In this document: positions 40,412 to 54,654 of the stretch, in pieces
Layout of the letters: every line of letters starts with the position of its first letter
Numbering within the stretch: the stretch's first letter is position 1
NCBI GenBank assembly: GCA_009103225.1
Contig: RHPI01002262.1
Location: forward strand, 601,231-665,230
Reading direction: 5' to 3'
DNA length: 64,000 nt
From: Chlorokybus atmophyticus
Taxonomy: Eukaryota > Plantae > Mesostigma and Chlorokybus algae
Translations under genes and position numbers: made by a program
Notes under the pieces: generated by a model
Databases searched by the model: none
What the model saw: only the letters and a program-made list of their open reading frames with translations
Told to the model about the DNA's origin: nothing

Positions 40412-43092
40412 ATGGCGCTGGGCGGCGGCGGCGGCGGCGGCGGCGGAGGCGGAGGTAGAGGTGGGGCTGGGGGTGGGGTGAGGTGGGTGTCGTCGGGTAG
40501 GTTGCTGTCGGCGGCGCTGCAGGTGCTGCTGGGGGCGTCCCTGCTCAGCACCGCCGTGGCGCTGGCGTTCGTGGCAGGGGCGAAGCTGTCACTCACCACA
40601 GGCGAGAAAGAGCTCATAAGGTAGGCTGTGTCGCTGTTTAATGATGCTTGTAGTTGGGAGCTTGCGTGAGGCTGTCTGCCTCAATGTGTTGCTGCAAGCT
40701 CGCAGTTTGCAAGCAAACCTGGTTCTTTGCTTGTAGGTCATAACAGTGCCGTCATGCACGCTTCAACTTCATTGTGCATGTTGTGAGTTCTGTATACATG
40801 CTTGCACAGGCAGTAAGCAGCGCATCAAACAAGTTAGCGAAAGCAACTGTCTTGTGCACACATTACGCTGTAGCCAGATTGGTGCACTCTTCAAACTCTC
40901 ATTTGTCCTATGGTTGTGTGGGCTTGTGCAGGTTGTGTTGACTGTGTATACACGTACGTTCAGACTTTCACGCTGTTGATATGTGGGCGCATACAAAGCG
41001 TTATGGTGTGGACTGACATGTGCCGCATGTCTTCATAGCATCCGTATGCTTACAACGTACAAGTTGCCAAGTGTAGCACGAGTGAGTGAGATGGTAGCAA
41101 ACAACAGCCTTGAAAGCCAATTGAAAAGATGATCTAAGCACTCACTTCCAACTACCATGCAGAGAGTTTGCCGAGCGGCACTTTGCAGCACCGCAATCAG
41201 CAAGCACGGTTTCTCGCCAGTGCTTCAATGCGCCAGGAGAGATAAGCTGGCAGCTTGTGGAACGCTGGATATCAAAGCCGTGGTCGCTTTGCTTCGGGGA
41301 AGGGAAGGACTTCACCATCTTGACTGCCCACAGCGGGCTGCCTCTGGTGCGTGTGCCAATGTATGCATGCACATACGCTTGTATCAGTTTGCGTGGGGAT
41401 ATGGCACACAAACCAATAGTACATCTGTACAGGCATGCAAAACTACGCACATGCATTGACATACATGTGCGCGCATGGCTTCTTTTGCTTGTATAAGCCT
41501 GCTGTGTGCCCACCTTGCACATAGTGCATTTGGTTGGCATGCTCCTGTGCGCACTCATCCATGCACCTGCACCGGCACGCACGCACGCAAGCGGGCACCA
41601 ACACATGCGTGCGTGTGTCTACATTTGCAGTCACTGGCAACTGTGCATGTGTGCGCACCCACTGGCATACTTTATGCGCAAACCAACGTGCGCACGCGCA
41701 CATGTGCGTATGCATGTCGACACGCACACACATGCGGACAGACGCACATGCACGCGTGCACCGCCACATGCACAGTTTCATGCAAGCGCACAGATACATG
41801 TCCATGTGTGTACGCTTTCAAAGGCTGTATAGGTGTTGATGGCTTGTTTTGGCCAGCTGTATGTGCAGAAGATGAGGCGCAATCGTCTTCACTATGCAGC
41901 GCAGCACGGGTACCGCTACTGTGACGTGGACACCCAACCAGACCCTTCACGCCCGGTATGCTAGTCTCGCTGCATGGCTGCATGAACACGTGCAAGCAAC
42001 AATGTCATTGCTTTTCTGCTTGCCAGCATACCACTCAAGGTGTAATATTCATTATCGTGGCATGCACAGGTCGAACCAATTACAGCACTACCAACCGTAA
42101 CACATGACAGCATACCATTGAGACAACAAGCACACACGTAATGGTATGCTACATTACATGCTTGGTGTCAATGTGTGCTCATTGAGACCTTTGCTTTGCC
42201 AGGTACAATGGGCCAAGGTCACCTCCCTCTTGATGCTTCTTCCACACGTCAAGGACGGTTGGGTCGTAAACATGGACGCCGACACGTTCATCAGCAACGG
42301 GTCACACAGGTACCTTTGCACATGAATGGGTGGTGAGTTTCTAGACAACACAATGCTTGATGCTCTTTGCTTGTGGCTCTCTCTAGAGCAGGCTGGAAGA
42401 GCTGACTGAGCTGCAAGGACACAACCTCACAAGCAAAGACATGATTGTGACCAGTGGGCTGGGCAGCAGCCAAGAGCAGGAGAAAGAGGACTCAGCTTAT
42501 CTGGACCTAAGCTCACTTGATACTGGAGTGTTTCTCATACGTCGCACAAAGTGGACACTCGCTATGCTGCGCTCGCTCTACACTGACTCTCCGTACGTAT
42601 AGTGTGCTGAACAGCGCGCGCGCGCACACACATGCACACACGCGCCTGCATGTGCAAGTGTGTGTGCATGGGGTCGCGCCTAAGGTGATCTGTTGCCACA
42701 TGGGCGCTATCGTGTTAAGGTTGATCTGTCATGCAGGGGGCCACTTGCACACAAGTGGAACTTTGACGAGGCATTGAAAGAGTTTCAGTGGGTGCGTCCA
42801 CTCGGCTTTGCAGCGCACATGGAGGTACGGGCAACGGGAATGCAGCAGTTCTCTTCTTATGCCAGATGCGTCAGATCACACAACACCAACTCTGCTGCAG
42901 GTTGTTCCCAACACCCACATGAACTGCCCTTACCATCTCTGCCGTGACCGCAAACCTCTACCTTTCATCATGCACGCGGCCGATGGGCATCCGATCAACA
43001 AGTACAACAGCCTTGCGGCGGTCTTGACGGAGGTGCCCGGCGTTGGGCCTTCACGCATGGCCTGGGATCAAAGCACGCTGTTTAGCGATTGA
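40412..43092 (+). CDS. GT34 glycosyltransferase, paralog B, with divergent catalytic-region motifs
   Basis: Gly-rich N-terminus plus TM helix; RNRLHYAAQHGY, QWAKVTSL, NMDADTFI, LDTGVFLIRRTKW, KWNFDEAL, IMHAADG; same intron positions as paralog A in the catalytic domain. Confidence 0.88.
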
Positions 43093-43936
43093 TGAATCAC
43101 GTTGGAGTTGCATTGGCTACACATAGCAGTCTTGGTGCATCTTGTCAACAACTTGTTGAGCTTGGCATCAGGTGTAGTTGCAGCGAGCATAAGTGTTACC
43201 TGGTTGGCTGGCGCAAGCGCAGTGCATGTATCTGGGTGTAGGGAGACAGGCTAGCTGTGTATCGTAGGCATGCCAACTGGTTGGTTTCCTTGACTGGCTA
43301 TGGAAAATCGTTCTCGTAGTAACAATGCGCCTGCAAGCATAGTTTCACATCGTGTTTGTCTGCTCAATGCTTGTTAACCCTACTCACCCATTCTTGTTGA
43401 CCTCCAGCAGCAGGTGGTGTGACAACTTGCACATTGGCAACACATCTGAATGACATACACAGTGTAGTGCTTTGGACTCTTGTACAGTTACAAGCAAGTG
43501 CGCCGCTTTGCTAGCGGAGCATGGTGAGAGAAGCAAACCAACCTGCAACCAATGCCTGGTTGTGAGCACAGCCACAGGCAGTGTCGCGCTGAGACATGTC
43601 CGGGTCGCACGTTTGAGACGTTTTTGTTCTGTCAACGTTTCGACATTTCAACAGCAAATTCACCCAAAAAGGCATTCGTGTCACATCTGAAGCATTGATG
43701 CACCACTTGCACTGTACAGTTGTACAGCTTCAGCTACATGTGCGCAAGTATACCAGTGTAGCGTAGTGCATTAAACTCGATAAGTAGCCAAACTGTACAA
43801 TCATGCCTGGTAACAACTGCTGGGACAAGTGCATGCGAACCTATATACAATGAACGCACACGCATCAAGCAGTTGGGTGCCGCATCGATGCAGGCAAGCG
43901 CTCTACGTTTGATGTCTCACCAACTTCTTTTTTCTC

Positions 43937-45220
43937 TCATGCATCGTCTTTGCTGAACATGCCAACAAGCTCGCCTTGTGCCAAGACATGGCCCTGTCAC
44001 ACACAACAAACGCACAGAAACCCTCTGATTGTAAGCACGCAGAAAAAAAAAGAGACGGTGCGCGCACGCATGCACACAGCCACCCACCTTCATGGCTTCC
44101 TCAAGCTTTTGCGCTGTCGGCTTCTCAGCAAACTTCAGCCGGGGAGTATCGAGGGCGTAAAGCTTAAAGCGGTAGCGGTGATCGCCGATGGGCGGTTTGG
44201 GACCCTTATAATGATCTATTTTGAAGTCGTTGATGCCTTGCTCGGTGCTGGGCGGCAGGTCCGAATGCGGTGAAGAGGCTCCTTGCTTGAAACCTGCAAC
44301 AGCCAAGATAAAAATAAGTGGAGTATCAACATAACATAAGCTTTCAACACTGCTGAGAACTAATAGGGCTTGGCAAACAAAAGCCATTGCAAACGTCATG
44401 TTGTTGACTGGCAGCGGCTTCTCACATGTTAATGGTGCTTTGCTGAGCCAAAGAAACACTCGTATTGGACAACAAGATGTACCTTTGGTGTCGGGAGGTA
44501 TGTTGTACACAACCCAGTGTATGAATGGGTTCGGTCTTGGATGCTTGGGGTCGGGCGCGTCCGGGTCGTCCATAATCAGCGCGAGGCTCTTGGCGTCCTC
44601 AGGCACATTCTCCCATTCGAGCTATGAACAAGAAACAGGCAATTGACAAGGCAATCACCGCTCTACAACCACTGTCAGGACTGCTACTGGATTGCTTGCT
44701 GTCAAGTCATGGCGTTGACTTGGTAAGCACCTACAAGCTTTGCTAATGAACTTGATCAGTTGCTGGAAAGTGCTTTCTATAGCCTGCAAGCCATGCCACA
44801 CAAAGAACTGACGAGTCTAAAACCCAAGGCGAGGCAGACAGCTGTTACGTGTGTATGCAACGAAGCGGCTCTGCTGTGTTGCAGACTTGCACAAAGCGGA
44901 GAGCCTTAGCAGTACTCCATGCCAACTTGTAGTTCCCGCTTAGTACTGAACATGCTTCGCATGCATGTGCGCATCTACGTTGCGGCTACCTTGAGTATTT
45001 GCATGCATATTGCGTGCATGCAAATACTCAAGGTACCTTACGTCGCAGGACTGCCTGCATGCGCGCAGGCATGCATGCAAGCACATGGATTCGTGAAACA
45101 CTACAAGCAAGCAAGATGGTAGAGTACCGCTGGCGAGATGTCCTCCCCATAGCCAGTGAACTTCTTTGGAATACGTCCCATGTGCTGGAAGTCAGGCGAC
45201 TTGACGACAAGCTCAGGCAT
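43937..45220 (-). CDS. YbhB/YbcL-type (bacterial-like) PEBP family protein, 4 exons
   Basis: MPELVVKSPDF...GEDISPALEW...LALIMDDPDAP...FIHWVVYNIP...YKGPKPPIGDHRYRFKLYALD...GHVLAQGELVG. Start codon tentative. Confidence 0.9.
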
Positions 45221-46757
45221 GCTTGCGGACGCAGCAGAGGAGAAAGAAGCGGACCGGACAGCTACTGGTAATGTTGGTGATGTTGAAGTTGAAGCTGTGA
45301 CTGCTACTAGCAACCAAGCAGGCTGCTGTTGCTGCTGCTTGCCGAATACGGCAGCGCTGCTTTGAAGACAGCTATTGGCCTCTTGTCGCAGTAACAGGCC
45401 ACTCCCACAGCGCAGCGCAGCCCTGGAAGCAAGCTGATAAGCAAACACACAGCACGCTGAGCAAAGCACACTCACATGCAGCTAAAGCTCAAGCTTGTCT
45501 AGCCTGACTTCCACAACGCTCAAGACAAACTGCTGCAATGGACATACAGGGCGAAAGCTAATACTTGGCGTGAAGCTCAAGCTGTTGCTGCTAAATAGTT
45601 CACTGCATGCATTCAAGCTGCTTGTAGCAAGCAGTCAGCTTAAAGCTTCCTGTCACTGGGCTGCAGAGGCTGCCAGCTGGCAGCTTGTGTCTGATCTGAG
45701 GTCAGTGATCTCGGGTTCACTAACAAGAGTTGAGCGCAACCCGTGATCAGTGATCCCCAACGTGCTAGGTTCGGTAAACTTATGTGAACGTGAGCTGTGA
45801 TCACTTGGTGATCAATTTGTAGTCACTGTCAAGGCATCAGCAGGCGGCGTACATATTCTCCTGGGCGGCGGTGTGGCGGAGCTTGGGCATAGGGTTGTGC
45901 TTGTGCAAAGAGTTCGCTCCTGTTCGTGGCTGCTGGCAGAAACCGTCGGAGGAGGTTCGCTTTGACTTCTGCAGCTGCAGGTTTGTTGTGCTGTGCGTTT
46001 GCGGAAAGTTCTGGAGAGAGCTGCTGGTGGCAGTTGCTGTTTCTGTGGGCGTAGCTAGTTTATTTTCCCTGCCTGTTCGGCGCCGTTTGCTCGCATATCA
46101 ACGTTTCCTCGCTGTTTGCCACGAGCAACGATATTGCTTGACGGAGTTTCACATTCTCCGGCTTCTGCAAAATACAACACACTGTGGTCGCACTTTTCGT
46201 GTATTGGGCTTCTGTCAACGACGGAAGGCGCGTCTCGTTGCACAAGTACAGTGGACAAAAGTATATGTCGTGTTGTTCAGTTTGCACAATGTCTGCGTGG
46301 CCGTTGCAAGCTGGTGCGACGATTGTCCTTGATTGCCACTAGGTATCCGTCAGCTGTAGCATCTTGATTGACATCAACTGGTAATAAGTCCTAGTGTGTT
46401 TGCTCGGCGTCATCGTACTGCTTGTACACAGGCAGATTGTATCCAGTTGTTCACCTTGCTGTCTTGCTCCCCATGCAGTCTACGATTGGCTTAACTGTAG
46501 CTTAGCAGGTGCATGCGTCTGTTGCATAGTGTGTATACATAATGTGGATACATGCTGCTGGTCATGTTGATTGCTGGTCATGCCTGCGGTAAATGGTTGT
46601 GTACTAGTTTCCATATTAGACAAAGTCATCTGCACAACACTGACTAGAGTAAATCATCATGTGCATATGTGCATGTGCTTTCGCACTCAAGTTTGAGTTC
46701 TCTCAGTAGCTGAGGTTGCTGTTGACCATCCATCACTGGCGGCAAGCAGGAGGCGCC

Positions 46758-48601
46758 ATGTATTCGTACGGGCAAGCTGGAGCCGGCTATGGCGCGCGAG
46801 GTGCTAAGTATAATGACCTGGAGGCTGGCGGCAGCACGCTGTTTCCAGGCCTCAGCGAAGCTGACTCTGAGATGCGATGGGGCTTCGTGCGCAAGGTGGG
46901 CATGCTGATTAGGGCGTCATTTCAACATTGAGTCACCCATGGACAGGACACACATACATTGCCTGATTGGATGGACTGCGCGATGGTAACAAACGATGGG
47001 AATTACATATCAAACCTATCCCGTATGTGTAGTACCTATTGCGTTTAGAGCATATGGGTACAGAAGCAAAACCACTGGTAGACATTTTAAGGTGTTGATC
47101 TTTATTACCTTTAGGGGATCAATGTAGGTTTGACCGTGCCAATATGCATAAGCGTATGGTTTGTGGCATCACGTGACACACCCATACCTAATTAGCGGTG
47201 TACGGGACCTCCGTCATATGGTTGGAGCGCACTGTTTGCTTGAGGGCCTCCTTCACAATTCTCTGTGGCGGGATCACTGTGCTCGATGGGCTCTGCGCAT
47301 GTTTTGAATTTTGCACACTGATCTGCTGTTGTGCAGGTTTACGGCATCTTAAGCATGCAGTTCTTGCTTACGGTCATTGTGAGCTCCATCATGGTGTTCT
47401 CTGAGCCCGTGAACCGTCTCGTCACTTCCAACCAGGCGTTTCTTATAGTTGCCATGCTCCTCCCGTTCGCTGGTAAGGCGTTCATTATTGTGGGGTTACT
47501 TGTGTTGATGGATGCCTCCTTCAGCGTGTCATACCTGTAGTGTACTCTTTAGCAGCTTGGTTGGCATTGTTAGTTCTGTAATGATCATCTCATGCAGTGC
47601 TATGTTTGCAGTGATGATTCCCTTGTACTGTTATCGTTATCATCACCCGCTCAACTTGGTGCTGCTCGGTCTCTGGGTGAGTACAATTGGCTGCTTTGTT
47701 GGCAAAACACAATGCTTGTCGCATGTTCTAGTTGGCAGCTACTAACATCTACCTTTGCAGACTGTGGCTATCAGCTTGACTGTTGGAGTAGCCTGTTCTT
47801 TTGTGGCTGGTAAGCGTCATGTGCGTGGCCTTGGCTACACTGAAAAACATGATTACAGTGGGAGCTTACATCTGCTGTTTTTCAGGTGTGGTGGTGCTGG
47901 AGGCTTTGATCCTCACAGCTGCCGTTGTGGGGGGCTTGACAGCGTACACGTTCTATGCTGTCAAGCAGGGCAAGGATTTCAAGTAAGACACTCAACTTGG
48001 GGCTCTGTGCACAATTTAACCGAAGCACTTCAAGTCCATGCGTACTGGTTGTGTAAGCTATGCTTCATGGTGTTATATTATTTGTGTACGTGTGTTTGCA
48101 GCATGCTGGGACCCATGCTGTTTGCATCCCTGTGGGTTCTGATCGCTTGGGGCTTCATCCAGTTCTTCTTCGCTCCAGGGCCCATCGGCAGGTGTGTACT
48201 CACACGCTTCTTTGTTCTCTGCGCCTTTCCTGGTGTCCATATGTCTGCGTTCCTTCTCTTGATGCCAGCAAATGGTGACTTGCATTAACATAAGAGCTTC
48301 CAGGTGATAACAATTGCATTCTTTCGGTTTTCAGGATGATCTACTCTTTGATTGGAGCCATCATCTTCAGCGCATACATCGTGTACGACACTGACAACCT
48401 CATCAAGCGTAAGCAGCCCTTTTGTATGCAGAGCGGCGCAGTTGAAGTGTGGTGCCTAACAGCATCGGTGCTTACTTGCTGTTGTTGGCAGGCTTCTCCT
48501 ACGACGAGTACGTGTGGGCCTCCGTGGCTTTGTACCTTGACGTGATCAACCTCTTCTTGAGGATCCTTGAAATTCTGCAACAAATGAATAACCAGCAATA
48601 G
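46758..48601 (+). CDS. LFG: Bax inhibitor-1 superfamily, LIFEGUARD/BI1-like (TMBIM) membrane protein
   Basis: DLEAGG...RWGFVRKVYGILSMQ, HPLNLVLLGLWT, LEALILTAAVV, GAIIFSAYIVYDT...YDEYVWASVALYLDVINLFL. Confidence 0.93.
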
Positions 48602-50622
48602 GCGTGCAGTGTCCTTTGGGTGCAGTAAAGCTGCGGGGTCAGAAGGGTCAATAAATGTGTAGTTGCTGAAACGTTTGTTTGTGTTGTATGGTGTATAGTT
48701 GTCTTTGTTATTACGTAGCTTTTGGGGTGTGCTGTTAGCAGTGCGTTTTGTTGCAACTATCTCTGTCTTCAGCAGTGTGACCACCAATGTGCTGGCACGG
48801 TGTGACCTGTTGGGATCGTAACGTTAAACGGGGTCTGTGCTGTGCATTGGATCAGGTCTGCTAAGTGCTTGCTGCATCCACTCCCCTCTGCACACAATAA
48901 GTTGGAGATTTATCCCCTCTGAATTTGTTCTCGGTGCTGTTGTTACTTGTGCCACTGTTGCTTGCTTTGCATAGCACATTTGCATATTATAGCTTTATGT
49001 ACACCTGCGTGTAAGAGATGGTGTGCTAGACGTGTGTGCGGATTGTAGTAAGCACTTGTGTATAAAGCGTGTTTGCCGTACAGTGCACCTAGTTGAAATC
49101 TGCTCATGAAGTGTATGAGTTGTGCTAGCAGTAACTGCACAATCAAGTGTATACGGCTGCACATGGTGGTGCAGGCAAGCGATGGGCAGCACCATTCGCT
49201 TGCTGCGCATGCTCTTGTGGTTGCTGCCTTGCTATGCCCCAAGTGCTGCTGAGGGCCCAGCGCGCTGCTGCTTCTTCTACCGTACTTGCTGCTTGCTGCT
49301 TGTGTTCGTACTAACGCTAACTTGCTCTGCTTCCTGCCTTGGCCGCTGCTAGTACGTTGCATTGTGGTTGCTTGCTGATTGTCACGTTGCAATGCCACAG
49401 TCTATGCCTATGCTAGCTGCTATTGTATTGCTAGTGTCTTGCCATTGTCCTTGCATATGCACAACTGCCATGGGTTTGTAGGCAATGCTTTCATGACTCT
49501 GGTAGACCAGCTCCTAAGTTACCTCATAGCGCTTGAATTTGCATGTGCTGTGTGCCGTCGCATCAGCACCACATGATGCGATGAGTGACTCCAAGAGAAC
49601 CCGAAAGAAATCGCAACTCAGAGGAACATCTGATTGAGAACTGGTGGAGCTCCGGACCCATTCTGGCTGTTACGTTATGTTCTAGCTGGGCGCGCCTGTC
49701 TTGGCATGCGCGGTGAGGCTGTGTGTGATTGCAAACCCTAGTGTTCATCTCTCCTGCTGTGCATGTGTGCTTGCTTGTGTTGGTTACATCCGCGTGAGCA
49801 CACTTGCATCAGTACCACTGGAAATCCTATGTATTGTGGAACGCATATATTGAATGCTGATAAATGTGTGGCAGTAGCAGTATTGTGCTCAAGTGCAGTC
49901 AAACTATCAATGACCCCAAGAATTCCTCATCTATTCGATAATCAAATCACAGTGTTTCGATACAGGTTTGCACACTTGGAATGGTTGCATGGATGTTGTA
50001 AGGCATGGCGCGCAAACAGTTGGGCCACACATTGACACATCACTGTCAGTGTGGGTTGTGCGCCTGTACATGTGTACATACAGTACAGTGCTTTGCGTAC
50101 ATGGGTTCCACACACAGTGTTGCTCGCTTGCTTAGTCAACCGGCTACACTAGAAAGAGAAAAAGGAAAGTTCGAAATCAATTGGACGAGGGACTTCGAAC
50201 AGAAGGGAACTGCTACCAGGCCAGGCTGCCACTACTACTCAAATGCTAACACATGCGACCAGATGCAGCCAAGGCCGCAACGCGTAAACCAGCATCACCC
50301 ACACGCAAGCGCGGGTGGAGGTTGGCGTGCAAGCGACGCTGTCCCTGTTGGAAGCACAGCCACCCACTTGCAGTGCGGGCCTCGCTGCTACATCCGAATT
50401 CGCGCTGAACGCGAAAATCTGGCAACAAGTCGTTACCAGACTGCTGCTCTCATCTGCTCGCTGCTTTCTGTCACTTGGGATAGCTGCAACGGCTACAACT
50501 GTTGACACTGCTACCCATTGACCGTACGACACATACTCACACTACGCAGGGTTGCGTCCAGACTAAGCTCTCAACTGCGCGCATGTGCGGTAAAAGAAGA
50601 AGTCTCTCACGCGACCGCTGCT

Positions 50623-53600
50623 TCACTCCGCTACATGGAACTTGGCAATGAAGAAAGCGATCGTGTCGAGTTCATTGCTAGGATCAAAGCTCTGGACCAG
50701 GCGAGACTCGTCCTCTGTGAGCCATGCGCGGCCACCAAAACCGTCGTCAACATCCGCGCCGCCTATCAGGCCGGGACCGCCAATGTACGGCTCCTGCGCT
50801 GCCAGCGTCAGGTTGGGATACGTGTCTAAAGCGTAGCGCACTAGGCCTTCGTTCTCTCCTGGATTGAGTGTGCATCTGTGCACAGAACGGACACAACAGC
50901 AGCATAACAAGAAGTGAGATGGCAAAATAGATGGGGTGGCAGAATGAAACACAACAGGACTGCTGGGCAGCAGTCTTGTGCATCGTTGAGGGTGGATGCA
51001 TCACTTACGTGGAAAAGACTATTGTGCCACCGGGTCGCACCAGCTTCATTGCTGACTCGAACAGCTTGCGCTGGTACAGGACAAACTTGCGAAGATCTGC
51101 CAATGACAGCTGCAAACATGAAGCAGTCAGCAAGATGATAAACGAAACTGCTTGTCAAGCGTACTCCAGATGTACTGACAGCACCATAACCAGCATTTCC
51201 AGCATTGCACTACATTGTGTTTGAGGCCCCAGACACAAAATAGTTACGGCTTGATTATTGAAGCAGCACAGGCGTGCGCGCGCGCATAAGCATGCATATC
51301 CTGTAACAAACACTATCCATGATGTGAATGGGTGATGTTCAAGCAACCGCACCTCTTCCACCCACAGACGCGGACGCAAGCCTAGAGCAGAGCACGGTGC
51401 GTCCAGCAGAACGCGGTCAAAGGAGTGGGCAGGGAAGCCTTTCACTTCACAGCCATTGACTGCATCTGCACCATCTGCGACACTGAAGCCGGAAGCACGT
51501 CAGTTGCCAACTATTAAAATCCAATTTGTATCCAATTTGTATTAACTTTTGGCTGCTGCAACATGTGTATGAGGTTACCAACACAACTTACCTGGGAGGC
51601 AGTGCAGCTTTGGTGGCATCCAGTTTGTAAGCGCTTATGCAGGTGAACCCCAGCTCATTGGCGAGGTCTCTTATCTGCTGGGCCTTAACGTGCGACTTGT
51701 CCAGCGCTATGAGGGTGCCCTTGTCCTGACACACCAACACAAGGTGTGTGACACTCAATGATGCGCGCATGACGTACAACAATCAACACATGGAACCCAT
51801 TGTTGTTGATGGACTTGTTGGCAAGATACACTGTGACACGCATGCAGCAAGTGTTGATTGAAGCCCACATGATAGTTACCTCCATGCATTGTGCGATAGC
51901 CGTAGTCTTGCCGCCCGGGGCGGCGCACATGTCAATGACACGCTCACCCGGCCGCGCACCCAGTACCTGCGCGGCCACAATGCTCGGCAGATTCTGCACA
52001 TACATCTTGCCGTGCAGTAAGCCTGCAAGCACAACGCGTGTTACATGGAGCAAACAAAATGTGCGCAGGGACGTTGGCGCAAGAATTGTCTGCACACACA
52101 TAGCATGCAATGACACAATGTTGTTCAATTGGCGGACCTGTATGTGCACCTGCATGTCAATCCACAACCGGAAGCTAAGTCAAAAATCCAACGCATGGTG
52201 GCTCCCCTAGCCACAGCCCATAGCCTCACCACTGCATGATGGCAGGTTGAACACTCTCCTCTCCATGATAACCGCTATGCCGCTCATGGAGCCAAAAATC
52301 TGCCGCAAGACAACAAAACACATCATACCGCAGTCAAGTAACTGCATCGCACCATGCTGCATGTGCGTTGCTCAGCCAAGATTTGCATGTGCACTCCTGA
52401 TGCTATTAACTTGATGAAATGTGTATGTGCTTTTGAACCTGGAAGACAACCAACATGTGATGCAAATGCACTTATGGTGGTCATGTCACGTCTGCAGTAG
52501 TAGTAGGTGCAACAAAGCTGTCCATTGTGTTTTGTAGCAACACACACAGTTAGGATGCCTACTAACATGCAGGAAATAGGAATACATGTTGTGCGGGCTC
52601 TGATCATCACCTGAGCCCTAGTGAGTTGAGCACGCCCGATGCCGAGACAAAGCGCAAGCCTGCCTGCAGCAAGCCGCCCGCCGCTGTCAAGCTCGTGCGC
52701 TGAGCCTAGCGTCGTGCCGCGTGTCATCTGAATCGACTTGCCTCCAGCTGCCTCAACCTATGCAAGATGCACAGCATATTGGACTGTGCTTTGCGCAACA
52801 TGTTAACAGGTGGTATGGCGAAAAGTCGTGCAATGCATAACAGGTGCTTGTGCTTGCTGATGGTTCCATCATCAAGGATAACGAGCAACACTGCGTTTCC
52901 ATGTTGACATGTAAGCGGGTTTGCAAGCAGAGGACCAGTTTTCCAAAAAAAAACAAATGTGATGTCACTGGAAGTGTTTACAGACAGTTGAAACGTACCT
53001 CTACTGAAACAATGACTAGATCACCAGCTTCTACGCTAGAACTGCACCCCAGAACGCCGGGCACATACACCTGCAAACAACATGCACGCCAAGCTTAGCT
53101 CCAAGGCATGCAACGCACAGGCAAGAGAGGACCTGACGAACGGCATCAGCATCCATACTAAAAAGTGCATGCTACTACTCACTTGAGCTCCACGAAGAAC
53201 TGCCTCTCCGCATCGTCGTGAGACAACAATCTCTTTGTACACATCATGCGCATCATAGTCGATGTGGTGCGGGCCGGAGCCGCCGACCATCACAACATGG
53301 GGAATGGACTCGTGAGCGAACACCGCACGCTTTTCACCGTCGCAGGCAAATGCGACCCCGTTCTCGCATTGCTGCAGTTGCGAATCTGCGGCTTCGAGGG
53401 CCGCCGAGAGTTGAGGTATTAACTCTTCTACGGGGACTCTGGACCTGCAGCATGTCTCTAGAGGTGGCCGCCTGCGGTGAAGCATGTTGGTTGCAACTGC
53501 GCGCATGCCACAGGCAACACCACGCGCGCGTGCACACCCACAGCATCAACGAGTAACTGCTTGCAGGGGTTTGCAAATAAGCGACGTTACAGACATTGTG

Positions 53601-53952
53601 TTAGTGGACAATATGTGACCACAAAAAGCACCTTTCAAATGCTGCACCCACTACAATGGACAATGCACACACTACATGACACCATCGTGCCCCTGCTCAC
53701 GCTTGCAGAGGCATCCACACATGCGGGTATGACGACTTTGGTATGCTGTGAAGAAGAGCCCTACACGACAGTTGTAGATGCTGACGGTCATCATGTGTGA
53801 GCTGCAACTGCCTTGAGAATGTCATGCACGAATGCTCGCACTTACGCTAGCGCATGCACAATCCTGTCGAACTTGTTGGCGCCGTACGCAGCCGCCAAGT
53901 ACTCTCTGACAGCTGGCTGCCACTTGAGCACAGGCCTGAAGCAACGCTCCAT
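50623..53952 (-). CDS. NSUN6: NSUN6-like RNA (cytosine-5) methyltransferase (PUA + NOL1/NOP2/Sun)
   Basis: RCGEAVLRGAQVYVPGV (PUA), QNLPSIVAAQVL, DMCAAPGGKTT, DRVLLDAPCSALG, VFSTCTLNPGENE. Confidence 0.92.
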
Positions 53953-54654
53953 GAACTACAAGATGGAGGCGACCCTTCTCCACCTGTGCAGCTTTGTCCT
54001 TCTTCTACTTGTAAAACTTCATGACCTGTTGAAGAAGTTATGATATATCCGCATGCCATTCTCACTTTTCACAGTGACGAGGTTACGAACAAGCATGCAG
54101 ACAACCACGACAGCAACTGCTGCTTAGCACCTTGAGGTTGGAAACCGGTTAAGAGATGCTTGCGAGAGGAGGAGGAGACTTCAGCTTACACGCCTGGGCC
54201 TTGAACTGCTTGCTAGAGCGCAATGTGATGCTGCTGTTGACTGTGGCAGCAATCCCAACTGTGCAAACACTGCTCCAAGCACAGTGCTCAGCTGCTAGTC
54301 AAGCGCTGTCAGGTCAGTGACCTGATAATGGAACCACAGCCAGCTCCGGTACTTGCTTAATGCACCTCTACAGTGCATGCTGTCATAGCATTAAGCACCG
54401 ATCCGGCGACGCCACCTACACCGCCACCCCCGCCGCCGCCAGGCACATCCATACTGGTGCGTTCAGTGCCTTAACAAAGTAAACTGGTAGCCTTCTCATT
54501 CACATGTTAATCGTGACATGCTTGACAGTGGTGAGAACTTTTTCAGATTGAACTGCTTCAGGCGTGCGTTAAGTGTTTCAGGCTAAACTATTCAATGTCT
54601 TAATTGCATTGCCTTGCTGCAGCTTTGGCGGCGGCGGCGGCGGCGGCAACAACG

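Noticed and set aside
43387-43450. Isolated minus-strand exon-like segment (DVLPMCKLSHHLLLEVNKNG)
   Set aside because: No partner exons found; could be a 3' UTR intron boundary of the PEBP gene.
45700-45820. C/D-box snoRNA suggested by repeated TGATCA/CTGA
   Set aside because: No canonical RTGATGA box C and no recognisable rRNA guide.
48943-50532. Possible unannotated gene between LFG and NSUN6
   Set aside because: Several open frames and splice-like sites, but no consistent exon chain or homology.
50518-50829. 103-aa plus-strand ORF
   Set aside because: Antisense shadow of the NSUN6 last exon; similarly 10024-10524 shadows CobW exon 1.
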